From assembly GCA_039179045.1 (NCBI GenBank), contig JBCDEZ010000022.1:1-23136 (forward strand): a stretch of DNA of 23,136 nucleotides, read 5' to 3'. Below are positions 1 to 7,720 of this stretch, in pieces. Within the stretch, counting starts at the first letter, position 1. Every line of letters starts with the position of its first letter. The position numbers were made by a program, and so were the translations under genes. The stretch is from Chlamydiota bacterium. GTDB taxonomy: Bacteria; Chlamydiota; Chlamydiia; Chlamydiales; SM23-39. The notes under the pieces are model-generated. The model did no database searches. It saw nothing but the letters and a program-made list of their open reading frames with translations, and had not been told where the DNA came from.

Positions 1-162
1 GGGAAACTGACGGGATACTCGCGAAGAGCTCTTTTAAAAACAGCATTCTCCAGGATGAAAGGACTCTATGGTCCCATGTTCTACTCAAGAAAACCAAGTG
101 CTCAAAGAGTAGAAGGTTACTTAAAATGCCTGATGAATCAAATGATGAGAACCGAGAGCTAG
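1..162 (+). mobile_element. C-terminal end of an IS5-family (IS903-group) DDE transposase, cut by the window edge and probably inactive
   Basis: Frame 1 reads GKLTGYSRRALLKTAFSRMKGLYGPMFYSRKPSAQRVEGYLKCLMNQMMRTES*. This fits the Y-x2-R-x3-E-x6-K signature (IS903 GYHRRSIAETAMYRVK), but the E position is K (AAA at 37-39). Confidence 0.7.
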
Positions 163-169
163 AAAATCT

Positions 170-788
170 TCAAGGATAGTCCTGGTTGGTCTGAAAATTT
201 GATTTTTTCAACAAGGCCCCTCTGCAACAATCATTAATCCAAGCGGCTACTTGTTCAGCAACTTCTTTAATATCAAGAGAGGTCGTATCAATAATTTTAG
301 TAGTGACATTGCTTGGCCAATTTGCATTCTGATCCCAAGAAGAAAAATCTAAACCATCCCAGGAATCATCTGTGATAACATGCTGTGTCCATTGCGGATC
401 ACGGGTATGCATACGAAGCCAAGCAGACCAGTTCAGCATATTTTGATCATCGCCATAGGTGTTGCGTTTTTTCAAGTGTTGGATTCGCTCAAAGTCACTT
501 ACATCTAACAAGCAAAAATTGATATCATCTAATTTTTAGCAGAAGGGCATGCTAAGATTTCACCTAAAACAATTTGACCAAGCAAACAAGCGTCTTTTTC
601 CATCTGCTAATAATTGTTGCAACCACTTTTCTGTAGATTCTTGACGCCATTTCTTATCAGCACCTTCAGGCACTCCAATATCATCAAAATCGTAGACCTT
701 TATTTCACTGCCTAATATTTTTTGTAGTTCTGGCATAATCACTGTCTTGTCGCTAACGCTGGCGCCTCCTAATAAAATATAACCTCAT
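170..788 (-). pseudogene. Frameshifted P-loop (kinase/AAA-like) gene
   Basis: ATG at 788 overlaps the APH stop (ATGA). It reconstructs as MRLYFI/GGASVSDKTVIMPEL...GK/DACLLGQIVLGEILACPSAK/LDDINFCLLDVSDFER... with shifts near 770, 597 and 535. The Walker A motif is degenerate (GASVSDKT vs GxSGSGKT). This joins track ORFs 560-742 and 170-511. Confidence 0.75.
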
Positions 789-1804
789 GAAATACCCCTC
801 ATTTTATCAGCATGATATGCTCGTTCTACTGTGCCATTTGGCAAAAAATTAGGTTTTAGATGCTCAAGAACCTCCATCCGATCATCACCGCCTTCATCAG
901 ATAAGAAGATGTATTCACAATATTCAGCAATATCTTGTAATATGCGATTAAAACGATAGTAACAAAATGTATCTTGATTTATATTTCCTTGCCCATAGCC
1001 TTTATAAAACAATGATTCTTCTTCAGTTGGTGTGTAGCCACTATCCCAAATGCCTGCACCAATAAACATCAAGTCACGCTCTTTTGGTGCTAAAATAAGC
1101 GTATCCCAGTCAATGAGATACAAACGATTGTTTTGATCAACCAACAAATTCCAGCCGTGCATGTCAGCATGACATAATACATGTTGAAGGGATTGATTTT
1201 GCAGTATGGAGCCAAGTTCTTCTGTTCGTTTTATCAAATCGAAGATGATTTTATTTTTAGATTTTAACAATGCAGCCAGCTTCGTGGCTACAGCCTCATC
1301 AAAAACTTCATTTTGGGTACGTTCAAGGAATAATCTTACCGTTTGACAAAACTTCAATGAGAAAGTTTCTTTTGGCACATTGCTAATAATAGACTCAGGA
1401 ATATCAGCGGTGTGTAATTTTTTTACTGTCCTCCCAAATTGCTGCCATTGCTGCTCTGATAATTTCATATCCACAGCGTTACGCCCATCAATATACGGAT
1501 ACAGGGCCACCTTGAAGGCATCTAAATTTGTCCAACATTCATCTGTTTTGGTTGCAATAGGTGGGATAATATTTTGCATCCCAATTTGTTTTAGATGATG
1601 TGGAATCAATACGCTGGGCTCACAAAAATCTCCAGAGCGTAGCTTTAGAAAATAGTCTGTTTTATCTATTGTCGAAACTCGGTACACGGCAGTATTAAAA
1701 TCAGCACCAAGCGGTAAAAAAGAAATTTCAGCGACATCTAAACCATAGTTATCGTGCAAGCATGCAATGATTTTTTCATTTTTAAGATCAGGCTTTGTTA
1801 ACAT
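785..1804 (-). CDS. Aminoglycoside phosphotransferase family protein, APH(9)-Ia (spectinomycin phosphotransferase)-like
   Basis: 339 aa with GAD loop, YFLKL, Brenner motif LCHADMHGWN, LIDWD, LAPKERDLMFIG and FYKGYG. The motif order matches Legionella APH(9)-Ia as recalled. Confidence 0.85.
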   Translation of the reverse strand: MLTKPDLKNEKIIACLHDNYGLDVAEISFLPLGADFNTAVYRVSTIDKTDYFLKLRSGDFCEPSVLIPHHLKQIGMQNIIPPIATKTDECWTNLDAFKVALYPYIDGRNAVDMKLSEQQWQQFGRTVKKLHTADIPESIISNVPKETFSLKFCQTVRLFLERTQNEVFDEAVATKLAALLKSKNKIIFDLIKRTEELGSILQNQSLQHVLCHADMHGWNLLVDQNNRLYLIDWDTLILAPKERDLMFIGAGIWDSGYTPTEEESLFYKGYGQGNINQDTFCYYRFNRILQDIAEYCEYIFLSDEGGDDRMEVLEHLKPNFLPNGTVERAYHADKMRGIS

Positions 1805-2255
1805 CTTCTGTTACTGTTAATTTTTGTAAAATCACAATCAAATCCTTTTCCTGTTTTTTCGGAAGGTTAGCAAAAAAATCCTCATCTACACCTTCTACAA
1901 TAGGTACTAGGTTACCGGCTAAAGCCACCCCTGATTTCGTTAATTGCACGGATTTAGCCCGAGTATCCTCTTGGTTTTCATGTCTTGCTACTAAATTCAT
2001 CCCAACCAACTTCTTTAATGATTTTGAAACAGTCATCTTATCTAGCTTAGACATTGTAACAATATCAATTTGGGTTACTTCTTTCTTCTGGCCATGCCAC
2101 CAAAGTAGTATAGACATAATAACAAATTGAGCATGAGATATATCATGTGGCTCTAATGCTTTCTTGATCATACGTTGCCAAGAAATGGTTGTCTGCCAGA
2201 GCAAAAAGCCAGGGCTATCTTCAGGTGCATCAAAGGCAAATGGTGGATTTGTCAT
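1788..2255 (-). CDS. MarR-family transcriptional regulator
   Basis: 155 aa with SPGFLLWQ, DISHAQFVIM, DKMTVSKSLKKL and DTRAKSVQLT winged-helix motifs. Confidence 0.92.
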   Translation of the reverse strand: MTNPPFAFDAPEDSPGFLLWQTTISWQRMIKKALEPHDISHAQFVIMSILLWWHGQKKEVTQIDIVTMSKLDKMTVSKSLKKLVGMNLVARHENQEDTRAKSVQLTKSGVALAGNLVPIVEGVDEDFFANLPKKQEKDLIVILQKLTVTEDVNKA

Positions 2256-2680
2256 ATCTTTCCGCTTTTCCTCGCAAGGTTAACCAAAGAGTCCATTTCA
2301 TCTGGAACTGTGTCTGCAACATGCTTTGCCACAAGTTTGATCCACAGCCATTTTAAGGGCCCTGTAACCACTAATTTATTGGCAAGCAGAACGCTACCAT
2401 CTTTCACTGCCATGCTATGGGTATCATACATTTTGGCGCCAAAGAACTTTGTGCAGTCGGTAAAATTCTGCATCTCATTAATTTCAGTCAGCGTAATCTT
2501 AACTGCCGGTGTGCCTTTAGACTTCAGCATAAAATGATTCCCCACCTTGAAGTCGCCATCAAGCTTGCAATAATCCAAATCTCCATGCCAACTGGGCCAG
2601 TTATTAATATCTACCCATATCTTCCAAATTGCCTCAGGGGGGACATTGGGATAAAATTTGCTATGCTCTCTAATCCAAAT
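2252..2680 (-). CDS. SRPBCC/polyketide-cyclase family protein; probable original start codon now ATT
   Basis: The frame of track ORF 2252-2578 extends upstream as (ATT)WIREHSKFYPNVPPEAIWKIWVDINNWPSWHGDLDYC, a typical SRPBCC N-terminus. An in-frame TAG lies two codons upstream of the ATT. The stop overlaps the marR start (ATGA). Confidence 0.75.
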   Translation of the reverse strand: MWIREHSKFYPNVPPEAIWKIWVDINNWPSWHGDLDYCKLDGDFKVGNHFMLKSKGTPAVKITLTEINEMQNFTDCTKFFGAKMYDTHSMAVKDGSVLLANKLVVTGPLKWLWIKLVAKHVADTVPDEMDSLVNLARKSGKI

Positions 2681-2808
2681 AAGCTAACTACATTAAAAGT
2701 AGATTCTGCCACCAATATTATATGCAAGTTTACTAATATCAGGTACTGAAGTCAAGAGATTTCTCTCATTCTGAGTACTCCGCAGACCACTTTTCAAAAA
2801 CCCAATAA

Positions 2809-2929
2809 AATCAAGGGTTTGGTAGATGCGTACCTTCACGACCGACGTTCGCATGTAACGGAGAATTGGAGAACAAAAAGGGAGAATTTGGGGTATTTCG
2901 GGTGATTCTAGGATTCTCTAGGTACGCAT
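2809..2929. mobile_element. Putative island attachment (att) arm region
   Basis: IHF consensus match AATCAAGGGTTTG at 2809-2821. GGAGAA direct repeats at 2860, 2868 and 2881. 10-bp inverted repeat ATGCGTACCT (2826-2835) / AGGTACGCAT (2920-2929). All lie about 100-220 bp past the tRNA 3' end. Confidence 0.4.
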
Positions 2930-3030
2930 GTGTTGCGTAACTGAAACTAGCTAAGCCCATGAATACCGGGGTTCAGACGCGCATTCGCTAATCTAAAAAA
3001 TCCAGCGCAACCTTTTCGAGAATAAAAAAC

Positions 3031-3120
3031 TGGCGGAGGAAGAGGGATTCGAACCCTCGGTACTTTTTCAAGTACACACGCTTTCCAAGCGTGCTCCTTC
3101 GGCCACTCAGACATTCCTCC
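3031..3120 (-). tRNA. tRNA-Ser(GGA), CCA encoded
   Basis: The reverse complement is GGAGGAATGTCTGAGTGGCCGAAGGAGCACGCTTGGAAAGCGTGTGTACTTGAAAAAGTACCGAGGGTTCGAATCCCTCTTCCTCCGCCA. It shows the anticodon arm CACGC-TTGGAAA-GCGTG, a long variable arm and a GTTCGAAT T-loop. Confidence 0.98.
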
Positions 3121-3132
3121 AAATACGACAAA

Positions 3133-3161
3133 ATCGTACCGGATTTGTACGATAACTACAA
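3133..3161 (-). promoter_or_regulatory. Putative sigma66/70 promoter of tRNA-Ser
   Basis: TTGTAG-17 bp-TACGAT on the minus strand, ending 12 nt before the tRNA. It is overlapped by the inverted repeat ATCGTAC-N7-GTACGAT (3133-3153). Confidence 0.55.
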
Positions 3162-3546
3162 GGAAGAACCTAGAGAAGATAGGAAATGCTCGGGCATGTT
3201 TTCTTACAAATAATTTTCTGTGTTCAAGCATGCGGTGGTGGGATTTTTGGAGAGTCTGTCCTCACCCAGTCCAGAGATTTTGCACCAACTGAAGAAACGA
3301 ATTGCGAATCGATTTCATCTCTATTCTTCTGTCTAACCCAATTCTTCAATTGGATTGGATATAAATTACCGTGACAATAAGTAGAGCTATTGAAACTTGC
3401 TGCAAAACCTTGATGAGTGGTGCTGTGCATTCAGCAGCAAGGCTTTTAAGAAAATTTGACCTCACCGATGCCAAAAATGAGAAAAATTTGTTTAACTTTG
3501 AGTCACAGTCAATACGTACAATTTTAGACTCGTTTGAAGAATTATT

Positions 3547-3630
3547 ATGACGAATAAAACAGCATTGGTAACTGGGGCCTCTGGAGGTATTGGCAAAGAA
3601 ATTGCGAAACAATTATTTTTGTTAGACTAC
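3547..3630 (+). pseudogene. N-terminal fragment of a short-chain dehydrogenase/reductase
   Basis: MTNKTALVTGASGGIGKEIAKQL carries the TGxxxGIG Rossmann motif, then runs into IS630-like sequence. Confidence 0.75.
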
Positions 3631-3930
3631 AATCCGGTTACATATTCGGGAGTACTAAGCATCGAAAAAGCTTCCTACTGAAAATGGAGGTTCTCACAGC
3701 AATTTGCATGAAGACCAAGGCGCTCTTTTATGCGAATACCTTGAAGAGAATACCCAGCTCTATGTGCAAGATATTGCTGCCTATGTTTTGTCAGTGTTTG
3801 GAGTGAAGTATAGCATTTCAGGAATGCATTCTTGGCTGAAATCGAATGGTTTTACCTAGCAGAAGCCCGCAGTTCTTCCAGGAAAAGTAGATGTAGAGAA
3901 GCAAAAACAATGGTTGGCAGCAGTACCGCT
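3630..3930 (+). mobile_element. IS630-family transposase remnant (winged-HTH region) with internal stops
   Basis: Reads IRLHIREY*ASKKLPTENGGSHSNLHEDQ...LEENTQLYVQDIAAYVLSVFGVKYSISGMHSWLKSNGFT*QKPAVLPGKVDVEKQ. This is the IS630 YSxSGMxxWL/GFSYKKP/PGKxD pattern. There is no DDE domain and the boundaries are approximate. Confidence 0.75.
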
Positions 3931-4018
3931 GTCTCGGAAAAATTGCCTTGGATCGAAGCGTATTGAGCAAGTTTCGGGTACAGGGTAACATGAGAGAACA
4001 CTCTGAGGAGTTAGGCAG

Positions 4019-4441
4019 ATGATTCGGGGAAAATGTTTTTGCGGTAAAGTATACTACGAGGGGAAGAGTGAGATCCTCATTTCGGGGATCTGTCACTGCG
4101 CAGATTGCCAACGAATAACGGGCGGAGGAATCTGGCCCTTTGTCGGGATTCTCCGAGAGGTCTTAGTGGCAGAAGGCCCATTGAAGAGTTGGACAAGATG
4201 CGGCGCAAGCGGGAAATCAGTAGAAATGCAGTTTTGTGGAGTTTGCGGATCTACGCTATTTGGAAGGCCGGAGCGTTGGCCTACTCTTGTCACGATTTCC
4301 GCAAGTAGTCTCGAAAGGGATATCCCATTTGCGCCCAAAATGCACGTATGGGTGCAGGACATGCAAACAGGTATACTTCTTGATGAGAGGATCCCACAGT
4401 TTTTAAAAAATCCGTACCCTTTGGAGGGGAGTGAGAATTAA
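4019..4441 (+). CDS. GFA/CENP-V family zinc protein
   Basis: GKCFCG, CHCADCQR and FCGVCGS zinc motifs, plus PKMHVWV. Confidence 0.93.
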   Translation: MIRGKCFCGKVYYEGKSEILISGICHCADCQRITGGGIWPFVGILREVLVAEGPLKSWTRCGASGKSVEMQFCGVCGSTLFGRPERWPTLVTISASSLERDIPFAPKMHVWVQDMQTGILLDERIPQFLKNPYPLEGSEN

Positions 4442-5004
4442 GTACCTGGCTCGGCTTTTCTGAGGTAAGTTGTTCTGTCCAATCGGTAGAGGACATGCTT
4501 TTTGAGAGGATGCAAAGGGGGGACGAGGGGGTGATCGAAATCATCTTGGGGATTGTGCTGTAGGCCAATTTTTTCCATTACTCTACGCGATCTTACGTTG
4601 CCCTTTGTTGTAAACGAGACAATTTCTGGTAGTTTCCAATGCTGAAACCCATAGTCTAGCACAGCTCGGGCACCCTCTGTCGCCAAGCCTTTTCCCCATT
4701 CGGTAGAAGCAAGGCGCCAGCCGATCTCCACTGTAGGAGTGAAATGGCAAGAGAAGCTGGGCCGATTGAATCCGATGAAACCGATCATTGCGCCTGTATC
4801 TTTTCTGACTGTCGCATATAGGCAATAGCCGTATTGGGTAAAATGGTGACGGATTCTGTTCAGAAGCTCGCTTGTCTGTTTTGGAGCTTGCATCGGTAAA
4901 AGATACTCCATAACCCGCGAATCTTGGTTGATCGCGAGCATTGGCTCTAAATCCTGGTCGGTCCAAGTTCTCAGAAGCAGTCTATCGGTTTCTAAAATGC
5001 GCAT
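4438..5004 (-). CDS. GNAT N-acetyltransferase (RimJ/RimL family)
   Basis: LETDRLLLR, VEIGWRL, WGKGLATEGA and NVRSRRVMEKIG motifs. ATG at 5004 is preferred to the track start at 5028. Confidence 0.93.
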   Translation of the reverse strand: MRILETDRLLLRTWTDQDLEPMLAINQDSRVMEYLLPMQAPKQTSELLNRIRHHFTQYGYCLYATVRKDTGAMIGFIGFNRPSFSCHFTPTVEIGWRLASTEWGKGLATEGARAVLDYGFQHWKLPEIVSFTTKGNVRSRRVMEKIGLQHNPQDDFDHPLVPPLHPLKKHVLYRLDRTTYLRKAEPGT

Positions 5005-5166
5005 TGAAGAATTTGATATTACAAACAATCAATTTTCAACAATTGCACCATTTCTTAGCAAGATTTTTTGTACGATCTCTCCTTGCTTAGAAAGGAGAAG
5101 GAATACGAAACTAGCATTACTGAAAAGAGTCCTCTTTTCGGATGTACTTTTCCACGGGAGTGAAGT

Positions 5167-5822
5167 ATGGACAAATTTCTTCTAAAGGGGAGGGGAAAGT
5201 TTTTACAGGAAAAGCGAGTACAACTCCTTTCTAAAAATGCCACTCGTAGAGTGGTACCTCCCTGCAGAGACGGTGCTTTTTGCCAACCTCGAGGGTGCGC
5301 TCCTCGCTTTTGCTGCATTGCATTGGATACGCCTTTGGGGCGCATGCTTGCTGTCGCCGACTCAGAGCGCATCTATTTCCTCGGATTTGCCGATTGCACT
5401 GGAACGAGCAGGGCTATCGATAGGCTGCTCCTAAGCGAACAAGCCTCCATGGGTATCGCGCTTGCTCCTCTTTTCTCTTTGCTTGCCGAAGAGCTTGAGC
5501 TCTACTTTTCTAAGAAGCATACCGAGTTTCGCCTACCGAGTTTCGCCTACCGATTGCCTATACTGGTACGCCCTTTCAACAGGAGGCCATTGCCGCCTTA
5601 TGCAAGGTTCCCTACGGCACTACGCTGAGCTACATTGAGCAAGCAGCCATGATCGGCCGGCAAAAAGCTTGCCGAGCTGTGGCGAGCGCTAATGCGCTAA
5701 ATCGCCTTGCTATCATCATCCCCTGTCATCGGATCATTCGCCGGAATGGGGATTGGGGGGGATATGCCGGAGGAGAAAAGCGCAAAGCGTGGTTGATTCA
5801 GCACGAGAAGGTTCTAGAGTAA
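5167..5822 (+). pseudogene. ogt: Methylated-DNA--protein-cysteine methyltransferase (Ogt/Ada C-terminal domain), frameshifted
   Basis: The N-terminal half contains LDTPLGRMLAVAD. Removing one 14-bp repeat copy restores ...FRLPIAYTGTPFQQ...VPYGTTLSY...RAVASANALNRLAIIIPCHRII...GGYAGG...WLIQHE, ending at TAA 5820-5822. The start position is uncertain. Confidence 0.9.
5520..5553 (+). repeat. 14-bp tandem duplication TACCGAGTTTCGCC x2 plus TACCGA
   Basis: Copies are directly visible at 5520-5533 and 5534-5547, with a partial copy at 5548-5553. Confidence 0.97.
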
Positions 5823-5880
5823 GGGCCTCATCTTTCGTGTACGCTTTTGTTCCACAAGGCTCTCTTGCATGCAACTTTTT

Positions 5881-6297
5881 TCAAAGAGAGATTTGCTTTT
5901 TTTGGCATCTAGCCTCATTCGGGTTACAGCATATAGGGGAGGCAAATAGTCGTTGCCCTAGATGCAAGGAAAATAGAGTAAGAGCCGAAGCATAATGCCA
6001 AGATGCGCCGTAAGAGATCCAGGCGTTGTGGTGTAAAATGGTAGAAATTGCGAGTGAACCCCAAGCGGCATAAAGAGAGATACGCATGGTTTGTTTAGAA
6101 GAAGTTTTTGTGGAACTAGATACAGCCAAGAGAGCGATAGCAAGGAATACGTAGTCGATTCCTTTCCACCAGAGAGGTCCATCTGCGCAACAAGCGCAGG
6201 TCTGCGCTAAGAACAAAAAAGGGGTAAGCATGCAATGTGCGAAGCACAAAATAGAGCTAACCATTCCTAAAAAATCTGCCTGAAATTTTTTTTGCAT
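5881..6297 (-). CDS. MerC-domain membrane protein
   Basis: DFLGMVSSILCFAHCMLTP is a MerC-family N-terminal motif. About four hydrophobic segments and His/Cys residues are present. No mer operon is nearby. Confidence 0.8.
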   Translation of the reverse strand: MQKKFQADFLGMVSSILCFAHCMLTPFLFLAQTCACCADGPLWWKGIDYVFLAIALLAVSSSTKTSSKQTMRISLYAAWGSLAISTILHHNAWISYGASWHYASALTLFSLHLGQRLFASPICCNPNEARCQKKQISL

Positions 6298-6472
6298 ATT
6301 TGTCTGTGTCCTCTATCATTCCATATAAATACGACCAAAATTATTGCACAGATTCTTCATAGAGCAAGGGAATTTGTAATCATATCCATAACCAACTGGA
6401 AAAGAATGATCAAAAGAGGAACCTCCTTTGTTGCAGCAGGGGGCCGCATCCCCCTGCGGAAGCGCGCACTTT

Positions 6473-7576
6473 TTAGAAGTCGCACTGGAAACCTGCTTTC
6501 AGTCCATGGAAAAGCAAGTCTCCTAAATGGCCCGAAGAGGTGGGATTCAACCCGTTCGCATAGAAATTTTCCAACGTCGCTGCTCGAGAAGCATTTTGCG
6601 CGAGGTAGTAATCGATTTCATATAGAGCAAACAGGCTACCGTGAAAAGCGTACCTCGATGAATAGGCGCCCCAAGAAATTCCCATAGCCATCTGAAAATT
6701 GGGATGGAAAAATAGGAAATTGCGCTCGAGATCCAAAAGGTTGTCATTCACGTTGGATATATCGTAAAAATCGGCACGTAATTTCTGTTTTTGGTAAAGA
6801 AGAGCTGCAGAAAAAGAGGAGAGACTCTTGAGTCCGTAACCCAAAATCCACTCGATATCAATGCCTAACTTGGGTCCTAGAAACCAGGTATCAGTATCAT
6901 ATTGAACAGGCACCTCTTCTGTTGGCGAGGCGATAAGCTTGGTTTTCGTACGGAGTCTTTGATCCAAAAAACCCAACTTCCCTCCCGCTGCGGGGGTGAT
7001 TATGAGCCGATGTCCGTAATAGCTCGGTCTAGCTAGGATGAGATCCACTACGTCTAGAGCAACTTCAAAATCAGAAGTGACAAACGCGGCATCTGCATAG
7101 GCAGCCTCTGGAGAAGTAAACCCTGAATTGACGACCATCACCCCCCCTTGTGGAGGAGCTGTCTGAGTTGTGGTGGTTCCGTGCAGACGCGTATATTCTG
7201 CTTTTCCGATCCAATCGTAAGGAGTTACATTCGAGGTGGCTGTTACTTTGAAGCCAGGATGAAAGGACATCTCTTGGTACACGGTGAGCGCCAGCACAGG
7301 ATCGCCGGGTTGCAAAAGACTTGCAATCGCCATGTTTTCTTGCATGATGTTCCAGTAGATAAAACTACCCGAAAGAGAAAAATTCCACTCCTTATCCGTA
7401 CTAATTCTTCCGGGAGCTAAACCTCCCAATTCTAAATGTTTGTGTGTGTATCCGGGGCCTTCATCGATCTCTATGTAGCAAGAAGCCTCGCAGGAGGGAC
7501 TAGAGGCATGCAAGGTGCATACATGCGTGAGCAAGGAGAGGAAAAAATATCGAAAGTAATGGTGAAGTCGTTGCAT
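6473..7576 (-). CDS. MOMP-like (Lpg1974-family) outer-membrane beta-barrel protein
   Basis: Signal peptide, SFIYW, FHPGFKV, FLGPKLG and GDLLFHGL motifs, C-terminal CDF, and RBS AGGAG. It is paralogous to 7721-8926 and 20049-21146. Confidence 0.85.
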   Translation of the reverse strand: MQRLHHYFRYFFLSLLTHVCTLHASSPSCEASCYIEIDEGPGYTHKHLELGGLAPGRISTDKEWNFSLSGSFIYWNIMQENMAIASLLQPGDPVLALTVYQEMSFHPGFKVTATSNVTPYDWIGKAEYTRLHGTTTTQTAPPQGGVMVVNSGFTSPEAAYADAAFVTSDFEVALDVVDLILARPSYYGHRLIITPAAGGKLGFLDQRLRTKTKLIASPTEEVPVQYDTDTWFLGPKLGIDIEWILGYGLKSLSSFSAALLYQKQKLRADFYDISNVNDNLLDLERNFLFFHPNFQMAMGISWGAYSSRYAFHGSLFALYEIDYYLAQNASRAATLENFYANGLNPTSSGHLGDLLFHGLKAGFQCDF

Positions 7577-7661
7577 GTGGGCTCCTAGAATTCATGACAA
7601 ATACATACAAATTCTAATCTAGAAGATTTTTTTTACGCAAAAATATTCCTAATCTGGAAGC

Positions 7662-7692
7662 AAAAAAAATGGGCTGCCCGAAGACAACCCAT
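7662..7692 (-). terminator. Rho-independent terminator of the upstream MOMP-like gene
   Basis: Minus strand reads ATGGGTTGTC-TTCG-GGCAGCCCAT-TTTTTTT: a 10-bp stem with two G-U pairs, a cUUCGg loop and a U-tract. Confidence 0.9.
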
Positions 7693-7720
7693 CTCTCTGA
7701 AAGACACTTTCCAAGGAGTT

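Noticed and set aside
2947..3231. 94-aa minus-strand ORF
   Set aside because: It overlaps tRNA-Ser, and its translation is just the tRNA sequence.
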